Assembly: GCA_001661245.1 (NCBI GenBank)
Contig: KV454013.1
Location: 1,458,502-1,522,501, forward strand
Direction of reading: 5' to 3'
Origin: Pachysolen tannophilus NRRL Y-2460
Lineage: Eukaryota
DNA length: 64,000 bases
The notes under the pieces are model-generated. The model had not been told where the DNA came from. It did no database searches and saw only the letters and a list, made by a program, of their open reading frames with translations. Positions 35,596 through 45,205 of the stretch are shown here, piece after piece. Numbering within the stretch: position 1 is the stretch's first letter; the number at the start of each line of letters is the position of its first letter. A program made the position numbers and the translations under genes.

Positions 35596-37743
35596 CTATC
35601 TTCTAGTACCCCGAGTACTGTTGCGTAGAAAAAAACCATCAACACTATTACTTGGACCTCCATTGTTATTTGAAATATTGTTATTTACATGAAGCCCATT
35701 ATTTTTCCTTCCTCTAATTTTAGTACCTCTATTACCTCTACTTCTATTATTAACACTATTACCATTATTAAGTCCATTCCCATTACTGTTGTTGTTTTGA
35801 TTCATCAACATTTTAAATTTTTCTTTGATGAACACATTTTTGAAATTTTCAAATACCTCTTTAGTTTTTGGAAAATTGATCAAATTATCGTTAAAGAATT
35901 TATCACAGTACTGATATATAAACCGTTCAATATCATCTATATTTATTGATAAAAACTCGTCTTCATCTTCATCTTCATCCTTCTCTTCTCCTTCTCCTTG
36001 ATCGTCATGATGAACTCTTCCCTGTGTAGTTTCAACAACTCCACCATAATCAATTCCATTTTCCACACCTCCAACATCAACATTGATATCATTTATGTTA
36101 CCTATCGAATCAACTCCTATATCATTTAGTTGATCTTCGATATTATTACTCGCATTAGCATCCGCATTTGAATTGGACGCTAACAATCGTCCATGACGAG
36201 AAGTAGAAGTCAAATTTTGTAACGATGGGATCGAATGGTTATTATTAGTATTTTTATTACCATTATTAGTATTAGTGTTAGCATTGTTATTAATGCCATT
36301 ACTATTACTATTACCATTAATGTCGTTATCATTAGCATTTGTTCCACGGTTGTTCGAAAGTTGTTGACGGAAAGAAGTTGAAGGGTTATTCAACAAACTT
36401 AATTGATGAGCAGTTGCCACATCATTTAAGCTATTCATCAAAACACTGCTATTACTGTTACCATTATTATTATTATTATTACTATTATTGTTGTTGTTGC
36501 TGTTGCTATTATTATTATTATTATTATTGCTGTTGTTAATATTGTTATCATTATTGATATTATTACTGTTATTATTAGTATTAATATTGTTATTGCTGTT
36601 ACCATTATTATTGATACCGTTGTTGTTGGTGTTGGTATTGCTACTGTTATCATTACGACCACCCAGTAAATTATTTCCATTATTAGTATTACCACCATCT
36701 GCTCTATTGACCTGATTTTCCAAAGGGATATATGGATTTAAAGGAGTAATAGGGTATTGGTTTTGCAGTTGCAGTTGCAGTTGATGATGATGATGATGGA
36801 GATGATGTTGTTGAGGATACAGAGAGTTTGGGTTTTGTAAAATATAATGTTGTGGCTGCAGTAAATGCAGTAATTGTGGGTTATTTTGTTTGTTAGTGAT
36901 AGGAACTGCACTTGGAGACCTTCTTTTTTGGGTTGCTTGCAGAGGATGAATAATAGGTTTTGAAATATTATCTCCAGTTGTGGTATTATTCAGATACCTA
37001 TTATTTGTAGCGCTAATAACATTACTATCTGTACTATTGTTATTAGTTGAACTTGGAGGTGAATTTAATAATTGGCTAACTTCATAATATCTTTGATCAT
37101 TCAGTTCCGATCCATCTAAAGCAGTTATATGACCACTATTCCTTGTTCTTGAAGCATTTAAAGTTCCACCATTTGCAGTTGTTGAGTTTATATTATTTTG
37201 CAGTTGTAACATTCTATGTCTTCTATTATTGATTTCATTCATTGTTCTCTTATCCAATCCATGTCTTTTCTTGAATTGTGATAACCATCCATGACTAAAA
37301 CTATTTAGTCTCTTAGGGTCATCTACTCCAAATTGTCTTGCATAGATCATCCAATTTTCTCTTAATATTGGTTCATTTATTGGCAGATTTTCCAGTAATC
37401 TTTTTTCAACTAATAAATCCATTGCTCTATTAATTTTTTCATATTTAAATCTAACTTTCCTCTTTGATTGTCTTATATGAGTACCAGTTAACGAGGTTAA
37501 CAGTGTTGAATCATTATATCGTTGACGAAGATCTTGTTCATTTTTTAACCATTCGCTAAAGGAGGATGTGCTTATAGCGAAAACATTTTTAAACTTTTCC
37601 ACAGTTTCAGATTGAGGATTACCAGATTGATGATAATAGTTCAAGATCATTATCTTTTGTTCCAAAGTGGCTCTTGGTAACTTCCGTTTCTGCTGATTTT
37701 GAATATCTTGATCTGAAGGTTGATGGTGTTGTTGTTGGGACAT
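35596..37743 (-). CDS. CENP-B/Tc5-type double-HTH protein with Asn/Gln-rich tail
   Basis: RATLEQKIMIL..ISTSSFSEWLKNE (HTH1) and KY..I..PINEPILR..FSHGWLSQFKKRHGL (HTH2). Confidence 0.82.
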   Translation of the reverse strand: MSQQQHHQPSDQDIQNQQKRKLPRATLEQKIMILNYYHQSGNPQSETVEKFKNVFAISTSSFSEWLKNEQDLRQRYNDSTLLTSLTGTHIRQSKRKVRFKYEKINRAMDLLVEKRLLENLPINEPILRENWMIYARQFGVDDPKRLNSFSHGWLSQFKKRHGLDKRTMNEINNRRHRMLQLQNNINSTTANGGTLNASRTRNSGHITALDGSELNDQRYYEVSQLLNSPPSSTNNNSTDSNVISATNNRYLNNTTTGDNISKPIIHPLQATQKRRSPSAVPITNKQNNPQLLHLLQPQHYILQNPNSLYPQQHHLHHHHHQLQLQLQNQYPITPLNPYIPLENQVNRADGGNTNNGNNLLGGRNDNSSNTNTNNNGINNNGNSNNNINTNNNSNNINNDNNINNSNNNNNNNSNSNNNNNSNNNNNNGNSNSSVLMNSLNDVATAHQLSLLNNPSTSFRQQLSNNRGTNANDNDINGNSNSNGINNNANTNTNNGNKNTNNNHSIPSLQNLTSTSRHGRLLASNSNADANASNNIEDQLNDIGVDSIGNINDINVDVGGVENGIDYGGVVETTQGRVHHDDQGEGEEKDEDEDEDEFLSINIDDIERFIYQYCDKFFNDNLINFPKTKEVFENFKNVFIKEKFKMLMNQNNNSNGNGLNNGNSVNNRSRGNRGTKIRGRKNNGLHVNNNISNNNGGPSNSVDGFFLRNSTRGTRR

Positions 37744-37767
37744 ATTCGCCGGATGAATTTTGGATTT

Positions 37768-37822
37768 GTCTCTCTCTATCTCTTTCTCTCTCTCTCTTTC
37801 TCTTTCTCTCTCTTTCTCTCTC
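37768..37822. repeat. (CT)n-rich microsatellite upstream of the CENP-B-like gene
   Basis: Direct reading: tctctctctatctctttctctctctctc... Confidence 0.8.
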
Positions 37823-38462
37823 CAAACTCTTATATCAGCTAATCGTGCTCAAGCTTAAAACTAATACCGGCGGGGAAAACGTTCTCAATGACACAATTAA
37901 CCGACTTCCGCTATATTGAAAAAATAAAATTAATATTTCTAAAACTTGATTTATTATAGTAAATTAGTTAGTTGTATATGTTTCTCGACTTCTTAATGTT
38001 AGAGGTTTTCATTAATTTTAAACAGGTCTTTGGTAAATAAGCGCACGACCTTTTGTATGCTTCGAGTTTTCAAAATTTGTTCATATTATAGTAAGAATCG
38101 ACCGACGACGACGACGACGACGACGATAATAATGATGATAATAACTACATGGATTGATGGCAGTATAGAAGGCAAAGACAAAAAAAAACTTTGATAAAGA
38201 AGAGTACAAGCAGCAATAAAACCTGATAACAATAATTAGTTAAAAAAAAATAGAAAAAAGAAAAAAAAAAAAAAAATAAATACTAGTAATAATAATAATA
38301 ATAATAATATTAAAAGATTAAAAGAAAAATAGGGGGAAAAAATGATGGTTCAGTATTTTTAATATCTTATCTCTCTTCTCTATATATAAAATTGTATTAT
38401 CAGTTTCTTTAAAAAAAATCTTTCTTTTTTCTTTTCTTTCCCCAGTTTTAGCTTTTCTAGAA

Positions 38463-39142
38463 TTAATGAGAACCAGCACTTCTACTAACTTTTTCCAAGA
38501 CACTTTCAAAAGCAACTTCACTAAAATCGGTACCTTGGATATCAGTAGATACACCGTTAAGAGATCTTCTCAAGGCATCTTTTGAAGAAGCAAAGACCAT
38601 CTTACTTCTAACAGGTGCAGTATCTGGTGACCAAGCATAAAAGACTATTTTATTTCTTTTACCTTCACCATGACCAATTTCATATTCAAAATCATAAACT
38701 GCATATCTACATTCATTTTCCGGTAAAGCTTCCAAGAAGTTTTCATAATCAGTATCTGCTGAAGTTTGATCAACGATAATTGAAGTCTTTTGATCATTTA
38801 AAGTGAAAATGACAAATTTGTATTTGTTACCTAATTTTAAATCATTGTAAGCGGTTAATGCTTCATCTGAAATACCAACACTAAAAAAAAAAAAAAAAAA
38901 AACAATTGAAATTTAAATCAATTTTAATTAGTTAATATATATATATATATTTTTAAATAATTCATATTGTGATTTTTTTTTAACATACCCTGATCTTGAC
39001 TATAAATTGTACAATTATAAAACAAAATACTCATTGTTAGTACCTTAATAACTCACATTAAAAATCCAATTCAATTTATTTTTTGAATCCAATTTAAATT
39101 AAATCAATTTAAATTGAATTAAATTACAACCACACATACCAT
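38463..39142 (-). CDS. COF1: Cofilin, 3 exons
   Basis: Exons 39142-39140 (ATG), 38999-38989 (11 nt) and 38880-38463 give MSRSGVGISDEA..., 143 aa; [18 protein letters not shown]. Confidence 0.96.
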
Positions 39143-39818
39143 TTTCTATCTAATTCTAATTATTTAATTAAATATTTTTTTCCAATTGATTATAATTATA
39201 AATTGTATATTCAATATATTCAATATAATTTATTTACCACTATTTTCACCAAATAGTGTGAATATGAATCGATTTGCTGTTTTTTCTCTTGAAGGTTTTC
39301 CTGCACTCCTCCGTTTCTTATTAGCGGGCAAACAAAAATGAAAAGGTAAGAAAGAAGACAAAAACAACTTGCCTAAAAGAGACGTTTTTGGTTTTGTGGC
39401 TACGACTGTGCTAAGACTTTTATAGTTTTAAACAACAAAAAAGAGATATTGAGTATTATGGGCACGACTATATAGTTTTCAAGACTTTAGAACCCAATAA
39501 AAATAAAAATAAAAATAAATAAACAAACAACAAGGGCTTTAAACGTTCCACAAAAACCAAAACAGCCTCTAATACATAGAGGTATTACTTCATTTGGAAA
39601 AGTTGGTTTTATGAAACACGACTTTGTGGGAATTAAAGATTATTGAGTTTCCGAAAACAGTTAGATTGTTATTTTTAAGCACGACTATAATATGAGATTG
39701 TATGTTTTTAGTGTGTTTTCAATAAGTAAAAGATCAAAAGATCAAAACAAAGGGTAATTTTTAATAAATATACCATTATTTATTATTTAATTTAATTCCA
39801 TTGGCGGTTAATCTTAAT

Positions 39819-40039
39819 ATGGACAATTTGACTTATGAAGCGCTTTGGAAAAGAGTATCGTGCTTGGAGAAGCTTTTGGTAGTCTCACTGGATGCAGAAG
39901 CCTCAGTGAAGAGTTCTATGAATAGTTCTGTGAATACCTCAGTGGAAGATCAATTAGCGAGTTTGGTTAAATCATTAAGTATTAATGTTACCGAATATAA
40001 CAAGTTATTTAAACTATTAATGGGTATGTAAGCATAACT

Positions 40040-40072
<33 letters not shown>

Positions 40073-40575
40073 CAAAAGAAAAAAAAATTTTGGGATATAC
40101 TAACACAAAAGTTTCTATATATTTTTATTTATATGCAGATGCAAATTTATGGAATCGATTGCCTATACGGAGATCAATCGTAAAAGAAAGTGATGAATTG
40201 AATGATGATATCACTGATATTAAAAATATCATAATATCAAATAATTTCAAATTGTTGGATCTTGTCAAGCAATTGGAAGAATTAATTATGGGTTTTGAAA
40301 TATTTCTGAAACAAGAAAGAGAACAAAATTGTCAATTTGATAAAATCAATAAATTATTAAATTTCCAAATAAATGAAAAAAGGGTATTAAAAATATTAGA
40401 AAATTATAATAAACTTGTTGTTAAATCAATATATTTCTTAAATGTGAATTTCCGTGAATTGATATCAGAAAATGAATTTTGGTCCAATATAGAGAATTCA
40501 TTGATGGCAAAGACATCTTTGATAAATGGGAAATTGGATTCACTAGAAGTTGCAAAAAAATATCAATTGACTTAA
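39819..40575 (+). CDS. Spliced coiled-coil protein, probable dynactin p24 (Ldb18/Ro10-like)
   Basis: Exons 39819-40023 and 40139-40575 join in frame (213 aa). GTATGT at 40024, TACTAAC at ~40098, CAG at 40136-40138. N-terminal L.KRV..LE and C-terminal ENEFW resemble the p24 family. Confidence 0.6.
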
Positions 40576-40642
40576 TTTAAAAAATTTTTTTTTAGACTTT
40601 AAATTTTTTATCACCCATAACTCAGTCTTTTGCAAATAGTTA

Positions 40643-43417
40643 TTATCTTGTTTCTCTATCGATTATATCTTCCAAGAGGTTCGCCATCTCGGTTTTATCA
40701 CCATGGCCCAAGCTACTGCCGCTGCTACTACCGCTGTTGTTGTTGCTGCTATTGCTGCTGGTGTTGTTTCTTCTTTGTGCATGTCTTTGATAAACATCCT
40801 TGAACGTGATGTGCTTGTATTTTTCATAAAAGTTCTTCTCATTTGTCACAACGGTACCTTGTTCTTCATTTACTTCACTCTCTGCTTCATTTTCCAACAA
40901 GTGAATAATGACGTTATCTTTATAAGCGCCATAATAAGATTCATGTACAATTTGTCTATCAAATTTTTTGGTATTTAAAACAGATTTATTCAAATCATGT
41001 ACAAGTTTCAACTTGTTATTTTTAAAAATTGAATCATTTTTAAATTTCAGATAAACAATATTCAAATATTTTAAATGTTCTTGAACTGTTAAAAATTTCA
41101 CAAGATCGTTGATTTCAATAACAACAGAATAATTTTTATGTTTAAGATTTTTTAAAGAATCTTTCAATATAAGAATCTCTTTAATCTTATCCACTAATTG
41201 GATAAGCATTGATCCATTATCCAAAATATCTCTATCAAAAATCTTGTTATAATTTTTAATAGTATCACCACCACCAGATATTTCATTCTTATTAAAATGA
41301 TCAAGATTTATATCAAATTTTTCTAAATCTTTATTTAAAAAATTATAATACTTCTTATTTTGCAGTGGTACTCTTTTCAAAATATATTGAAATTCATGGT
41401 TATACATTTTTTTACTCAAAGAATTCAAATAATAAATAATTGTTCCCATCAAGTTTTTGCAAAATGATAAATCTCGTGAAGTTTCAGTTTTATTCAACAT
41501 TATTTCACTATTCAACAAATCAATATAACTATTGTTAATTAATATTAAAACCTCGTTAAACGTTTCATTCATATCAACTAATCCTTCTAAACCTTTTTGT
41601 TGAAATTTCATAAAATTTTTTAACGATGATAAAAGTTTAAAAATCATGAAATAATTCCATGGTTTCAAATCATCGTTATTGTTATATAATATATTTGTGA
41701 ATCCACAACTGAAATGTTTATCATTAATGGGTTTTTCTGTAGCAAAACTTACTTGATAATTATTGAATATACTATATAACATTGTCAATCGAATGAATTG
41801 TAAGTTTTTATTGAAATCATCAAACTTGATCACATAGCGATTTTGAACATCTTCTCCATCAACAATTTTTTGTTGCAATGGTGATAACAATAATCCTCTA
41901 ATTTGATCAAAAGAAGCTGTTAACGATTTTTTAGGAAATTCTTTAAATAAATGAAATTTATTGTTAAAATTTTCTGATAACTGATCAATAGGCTCTCCGT
42001 TAAAGGCTTTATTAAAATCAGGTCTCATTTTTGAAATATCCCTATCTTTATAATCTAATATCGTTGGAACTTCAACAATTTTAATTCTATCTTCAAATGG
42101 AATTTCTAAACATTCTAAGAAATTATGAACTAATCTTGGTTCATTGGTTACTAACATTTTTAATCCATTTTTATTTTTTTTATCGAAAAAAACTAATGAT
42201 GCTTCTAATATTGAAGTTTTAAGTTCTTGGAAAAAATTCCCATCAATCATCTTCAAGTTTGTCAATTCTAAAAATGATTTATTTTTCATATTTTTAATTA
42301 CTGGTTGTCTTAACAGTATTGGGATGATATAGCTATCCCGTATTTGAGGTTCTTCAAAACCTAATTTCAAACTCAACTCTTTTCTTTTTTCTATTAAATT
42401 GTTATATTGAAATAAGTCACTATTAACATCACTGATATCAGTGTCATTGATTAAATTTTTCTCCACTAAATAATCGTAATGCTTAGAGTAATGTGATGGA
42501 ATTAAAGCTATTAAAGAGTCATTATCATTATCATTATTATGTTCATTAAAATTTTCATCAATTTCAATAATTTTAATCTGCTTCCCAGTTATTGGATGTT
42601 TAACATAGCTATGAATTAACTCTTTAAACATTTTATTTTCTCTATTGACTCCAAAAAATTTTACTTCTTCAATCAATTCAATCAAATCAATAGATACTTT
42701 AACTTGAAAATCTATGTTTGTAAGATACAATTTACATTGTATTTTAAATTTATCAAATTGATAATCCTTGGAAGCTTGGGAGAAAATTGGATTGGAATTG
42801 TTTTTGCTATAATCAGGTCTGACATCAACGTAAAACTGTCTTTTCATTTCAACTATCTTATTTTTTTTTGGATTTAAATTCTGTTCAATTTTATTTAAAA
42901 ATGTTAAATGATCTTGTTTGTCCAATAATAAAGAATCTGGATCAACTTCGTAGTTTAAATATAATGCTATCTGATTTGCTCGATTGAACCTATATTTCTC
43001 CCATTGTTCCAGAGGTATATCAGGTCTATTTGAAATCTTGTTCAAAGTTGAAACCAATGATTTGTTATCACTTCTAAAATTATTCAAATCATTCAATACG
43101 AATTTAAACTTATACCTAGAATCTTGGTCTGCAATATTTAATGAACTTAACAGAGAATCGTACATCAACATCTTTGTAAATTTAGACAAATTTATATTCT
43201 TGTGAATCAAATCATTTTTATGAAGCACTATGGGTATCGTTATCGCAGTGCCATCTCTATTGATTGGTTTTTTTGGACTTAACTTCCGATCTATTATCAT
43301 TTTTTGAATATCTCCAACAGATTTCAAGTATCTAAATCTTTCGTAACTATGAGGAGCCCTTAGCCTCAAATAAGTATGACCTAGCACAAATGATTTATAC
43401 TGCTGTGATACCGACAT
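40643..43417 (-). CDS. Degenerate valyl-tRNA synthetase-like protein (catalytic motifs lost)
   Basis: Collinear similarity to ValRS segments: VNRENKMFKELIHSYVKHPITGKQIKII, IPSHYSKHYDY, ILDYKDRDISKM, DQIRGLL. No HIGH or KMSKS. Confidence 0.7.
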   Translation of the reverse strand: MSVSQQYKSFVLGHTYLRLRAPHSYERFRYLKSVGDIQKMIIDRKLSPKKPINRDGTAITIPIVLHKNDLIHKNINLSKFTKMLMYDSLLSSLNIADQDSRYKFKFVLNDLNNFRSDNKSLVSTLNKISNRPDIPLEQWEKYRFNRANQIALYLNYEVDPDSLLLDKQDHLTFLNKIEQNLNPKKNKIVEMKRQFYVDVRPDYSKNNSNPIFSQASKDYQFDKFKIQCKLYLTNIDFQVKVSIDLIELIEEVKFFGVNRENKMFKELIHSYVKHPITGKQIKIIEIDENFNEHNNDNDNDSLIALIPSHYSKHYDYLVEKNLINDTDISDVNSDLFQYNNLIEKRKELSLKLGFEEPQIRDSYIIPILLRQPVIKNMKNKSFLELTNLKMIDGNFFQELKTSILEASLVFFDKKNKNGLKMLVTNEPRLVHNFLECLEIPFEDRIKIVEVPTILDYKDRDISKMRPDFNKAFNGEPIDQLSENFNNKFHLFKEFPKKSLTASFDQIRGLLLSPLQQKIVDGEDVQNRYVIKFDDFNKNLQFIRLTMLYSIFNNYQVSFATEKPINDKHFSCGFTNILYNNNDDLKPWNYFMIFKLLSSLKNFMKFQQKGLEGLVDMNETFNEVLILINNSYIDLLNSEIMLNKTETSRDLSFCKNLMGTIIYYLNSLSKKMYNHEFQYILKRVPLQNKKYYNFLNKDLEKFDINLDHFNKNEISGGGDTIKNYNKIFDRDILDNGSMLIQLVDKIKEILILKDSLKNLKHKNYSVVIEINDLVKFLTVQEHLKYLNIVYLKFKNDSIFKNNKLKLVHDLNKSVLNTKKFDRQIVHESYYGAYKDNVIIHLLENEAESEVNEEQGTVVTNEKNFYEKYKHITFKDVYQRHAQRRNNTSSNSSNNNSGSSSGSSLGHGDKTEMANLLEDIIDRETR

Positions 43418-43594
43418 CTCCTTAGTTTCTCCTTACTTTCATTTATTCAATTATGGTACCCCTGATTTATCATCTCATCTACATGATGTATAAAAAATAA
43501 AAGAATAGTTTCTAAAAATTTTTCACTAAATTTTAATTTTTCACTATTATTATCAATATTGATACATGATTTTACACTTGATGGGCCACACTAT

Positions 43595-44989
43595 ATGATG
43601 ATCAAGAGGGTGTTGAATAGTGGTAAGAGGTTTTATAGTAGTTACCTTAGGTTAATTAAGGATGAAAAGTACGAACAGCCCAAGCCCAAGAAGGATGATA
43701 ATATAATAATTGCAATGTCTTCAGGTGTTGATTCATCTGTAGCAGCAGCTATATTTTCTAGAGAATATAAGAATGTTAAAGGAATATTTATGGCTAACTG
43801 GTCATCAGATGCCAAATGTACTGAAGCAGATTGGAAAGATGTTCAAAAAGTTTGTAATCATATCAATATCCCATGTGAACGGGTTAATTTTGAGAAAGAG
43901 TATTGGATCGATGTATTTGAACCAATGATTCTGAGTTATAGAAAAGGTCTTACACCTAATCCAGATGTAAATTGTAATAGATATGTTAAATTTGGTAAGA
44001 TGATTGAGCATTTGAACAAGAAATTAGGAGAAACAAATGATAACTGGTGGCTTGTCACTGGTCATTATTCAAGAATAGTTAAGGATAAGTTTTCTGGAGA
44101 ATACGAATTACTAAGAAGTGAATATTTACCAAAAGATCAAAGTTTTTATTTATCAACACTCCCAAGAGATTCTTTGAAAAGATTAATCTTACCTTTAGGT
44201 TATTATACAAAACCAGATGTTAGAAAATTAGCACATCAATTTGAATTACCCACATCTGAAAAACCAGATTCTCAAGGTTTATGTTTTGTATCACAAACTG
44301 GTCATTTTAGAGATTTTTTAAATGAATATATCAAAGCCCGACCTGGAAATATTGTGACAGAAGATGGTAAAATATGGGGGAAACATAATGGACTTTGGCA
44401 TGCAACCATAGGTCAGAGATCTGGGGTCTCCATGCCTCAAGGAGATCCAAATTATCAAGGAGTATGGTTTGTCAGCGACAAATTAATAGATTCAAATGAA
44501 ATAGTAATAGTAAAAGGTTCTAAAAATCCAAAATTATATAGAGACTTGGTCACAATTACTAATTGGAAATGGTTCGGAGCCATGACTTATTCAAAGTTAC
44601 CCAATATAGAGAACTTGACGGTTCAATATAGAACTCTACAAGAACCAATCAAGTTGAAAAATTTTGAATTAGTAAAAAAAATTGATAGATCTACGGATTT
44701 AAAGCTTGATGACATTAGCGATAATGAGATGTCGCTTCCGGTAGAATCAGATTCAGTTATGATTAAGGTTCAACTCGATCGGCCTTATAGAGGTATTCTG
44801 CCGGGGCAGAATATGGTATTGTACGATGGGGAAAGAGTCTTAGGCAGTGGGGAGATTAGTAAGACTGGCAGCAGCTCCTCTTTTGGTAACTCTTCTGACA
44901 GCTCTTCTGGCAGTTTGTCGGGCAGTTTGTCAGGCGGGTCTCCAATAACTTCTCCAAATAGGTCCACAAGCATCTCATCGGGCAACTAA
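43595..44989 (+). CDS. SLM3: Mitochondrial tRNA 2-thiouridylase (MnmA)
   Basis: AMSSGVDSSV, TPNPDVNCNRYVKFG, TGHY, KDQSFYL, DSQGLCF, TIGQR, PGQ. Confidence 0.96.
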   Translation: MMIKRVLNSGKRFYSSYLRLIKDEKYEQPKPKKDDNIIIAMSSGVDSSVAAAIFSREYKNVKGIFMANWSSDAKCTEADWKDVQKVCNHINIPCERVNFEKEYWIDVFEPMILSYRKGLTPNPDVNCNRYVKFGKMIEHLNKKLGETNDNWWLVTGHYSRIVKDKFSGEYELLRSEYLPKDQSFYLSTLPRDSLKRLILPLGYYTKPDVRKLAHQFELPTSEKPDSQGLCFVSQTGHFRDFLNEYIKARPGNIVTEDGKIWGKHNGLWHATIGQRSGVSMPQGDPNYQGVWFVSDKLIDSNEIVIVKGSKNPKLYRDLVTITNWKWFGAMTYSKLPNIENLTVQYRTLQEPIKLKNFELVKKIDRSTDLKLDDISDNEMSLPVESDSVMIKVQLDRPYRGILPGQNMVLYDGERVLGSGEISKTGSSSSFGNSSDSSSGSLSGSLSGGSPITSPNRSTSISSGN

Positions 44990-45205
44990 GATACATTTTA
45001 TTCTGATAGACCCTGGGCTGGCTGGGAAAAGCCAATGATAATTTGAGGATTGCTAAGAGATGCGTGTTCTAGATTCTTGTTATTAATTTGTATATATACG
45101 TTATCTATTGTTCTAATGTATTTTAAATATTGAAAAGAAAAAAAAAAAGAATAATCTTAAGTTGTCTGTGATTGTTAAAAAACGGTACTAAACATTTTTA
45201 TAATT

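Noticed and set aside
35596..37743. Active DNA transposon
   Set aside because: No DDE domain, terminal inverted repeats or target-site duplication visible.
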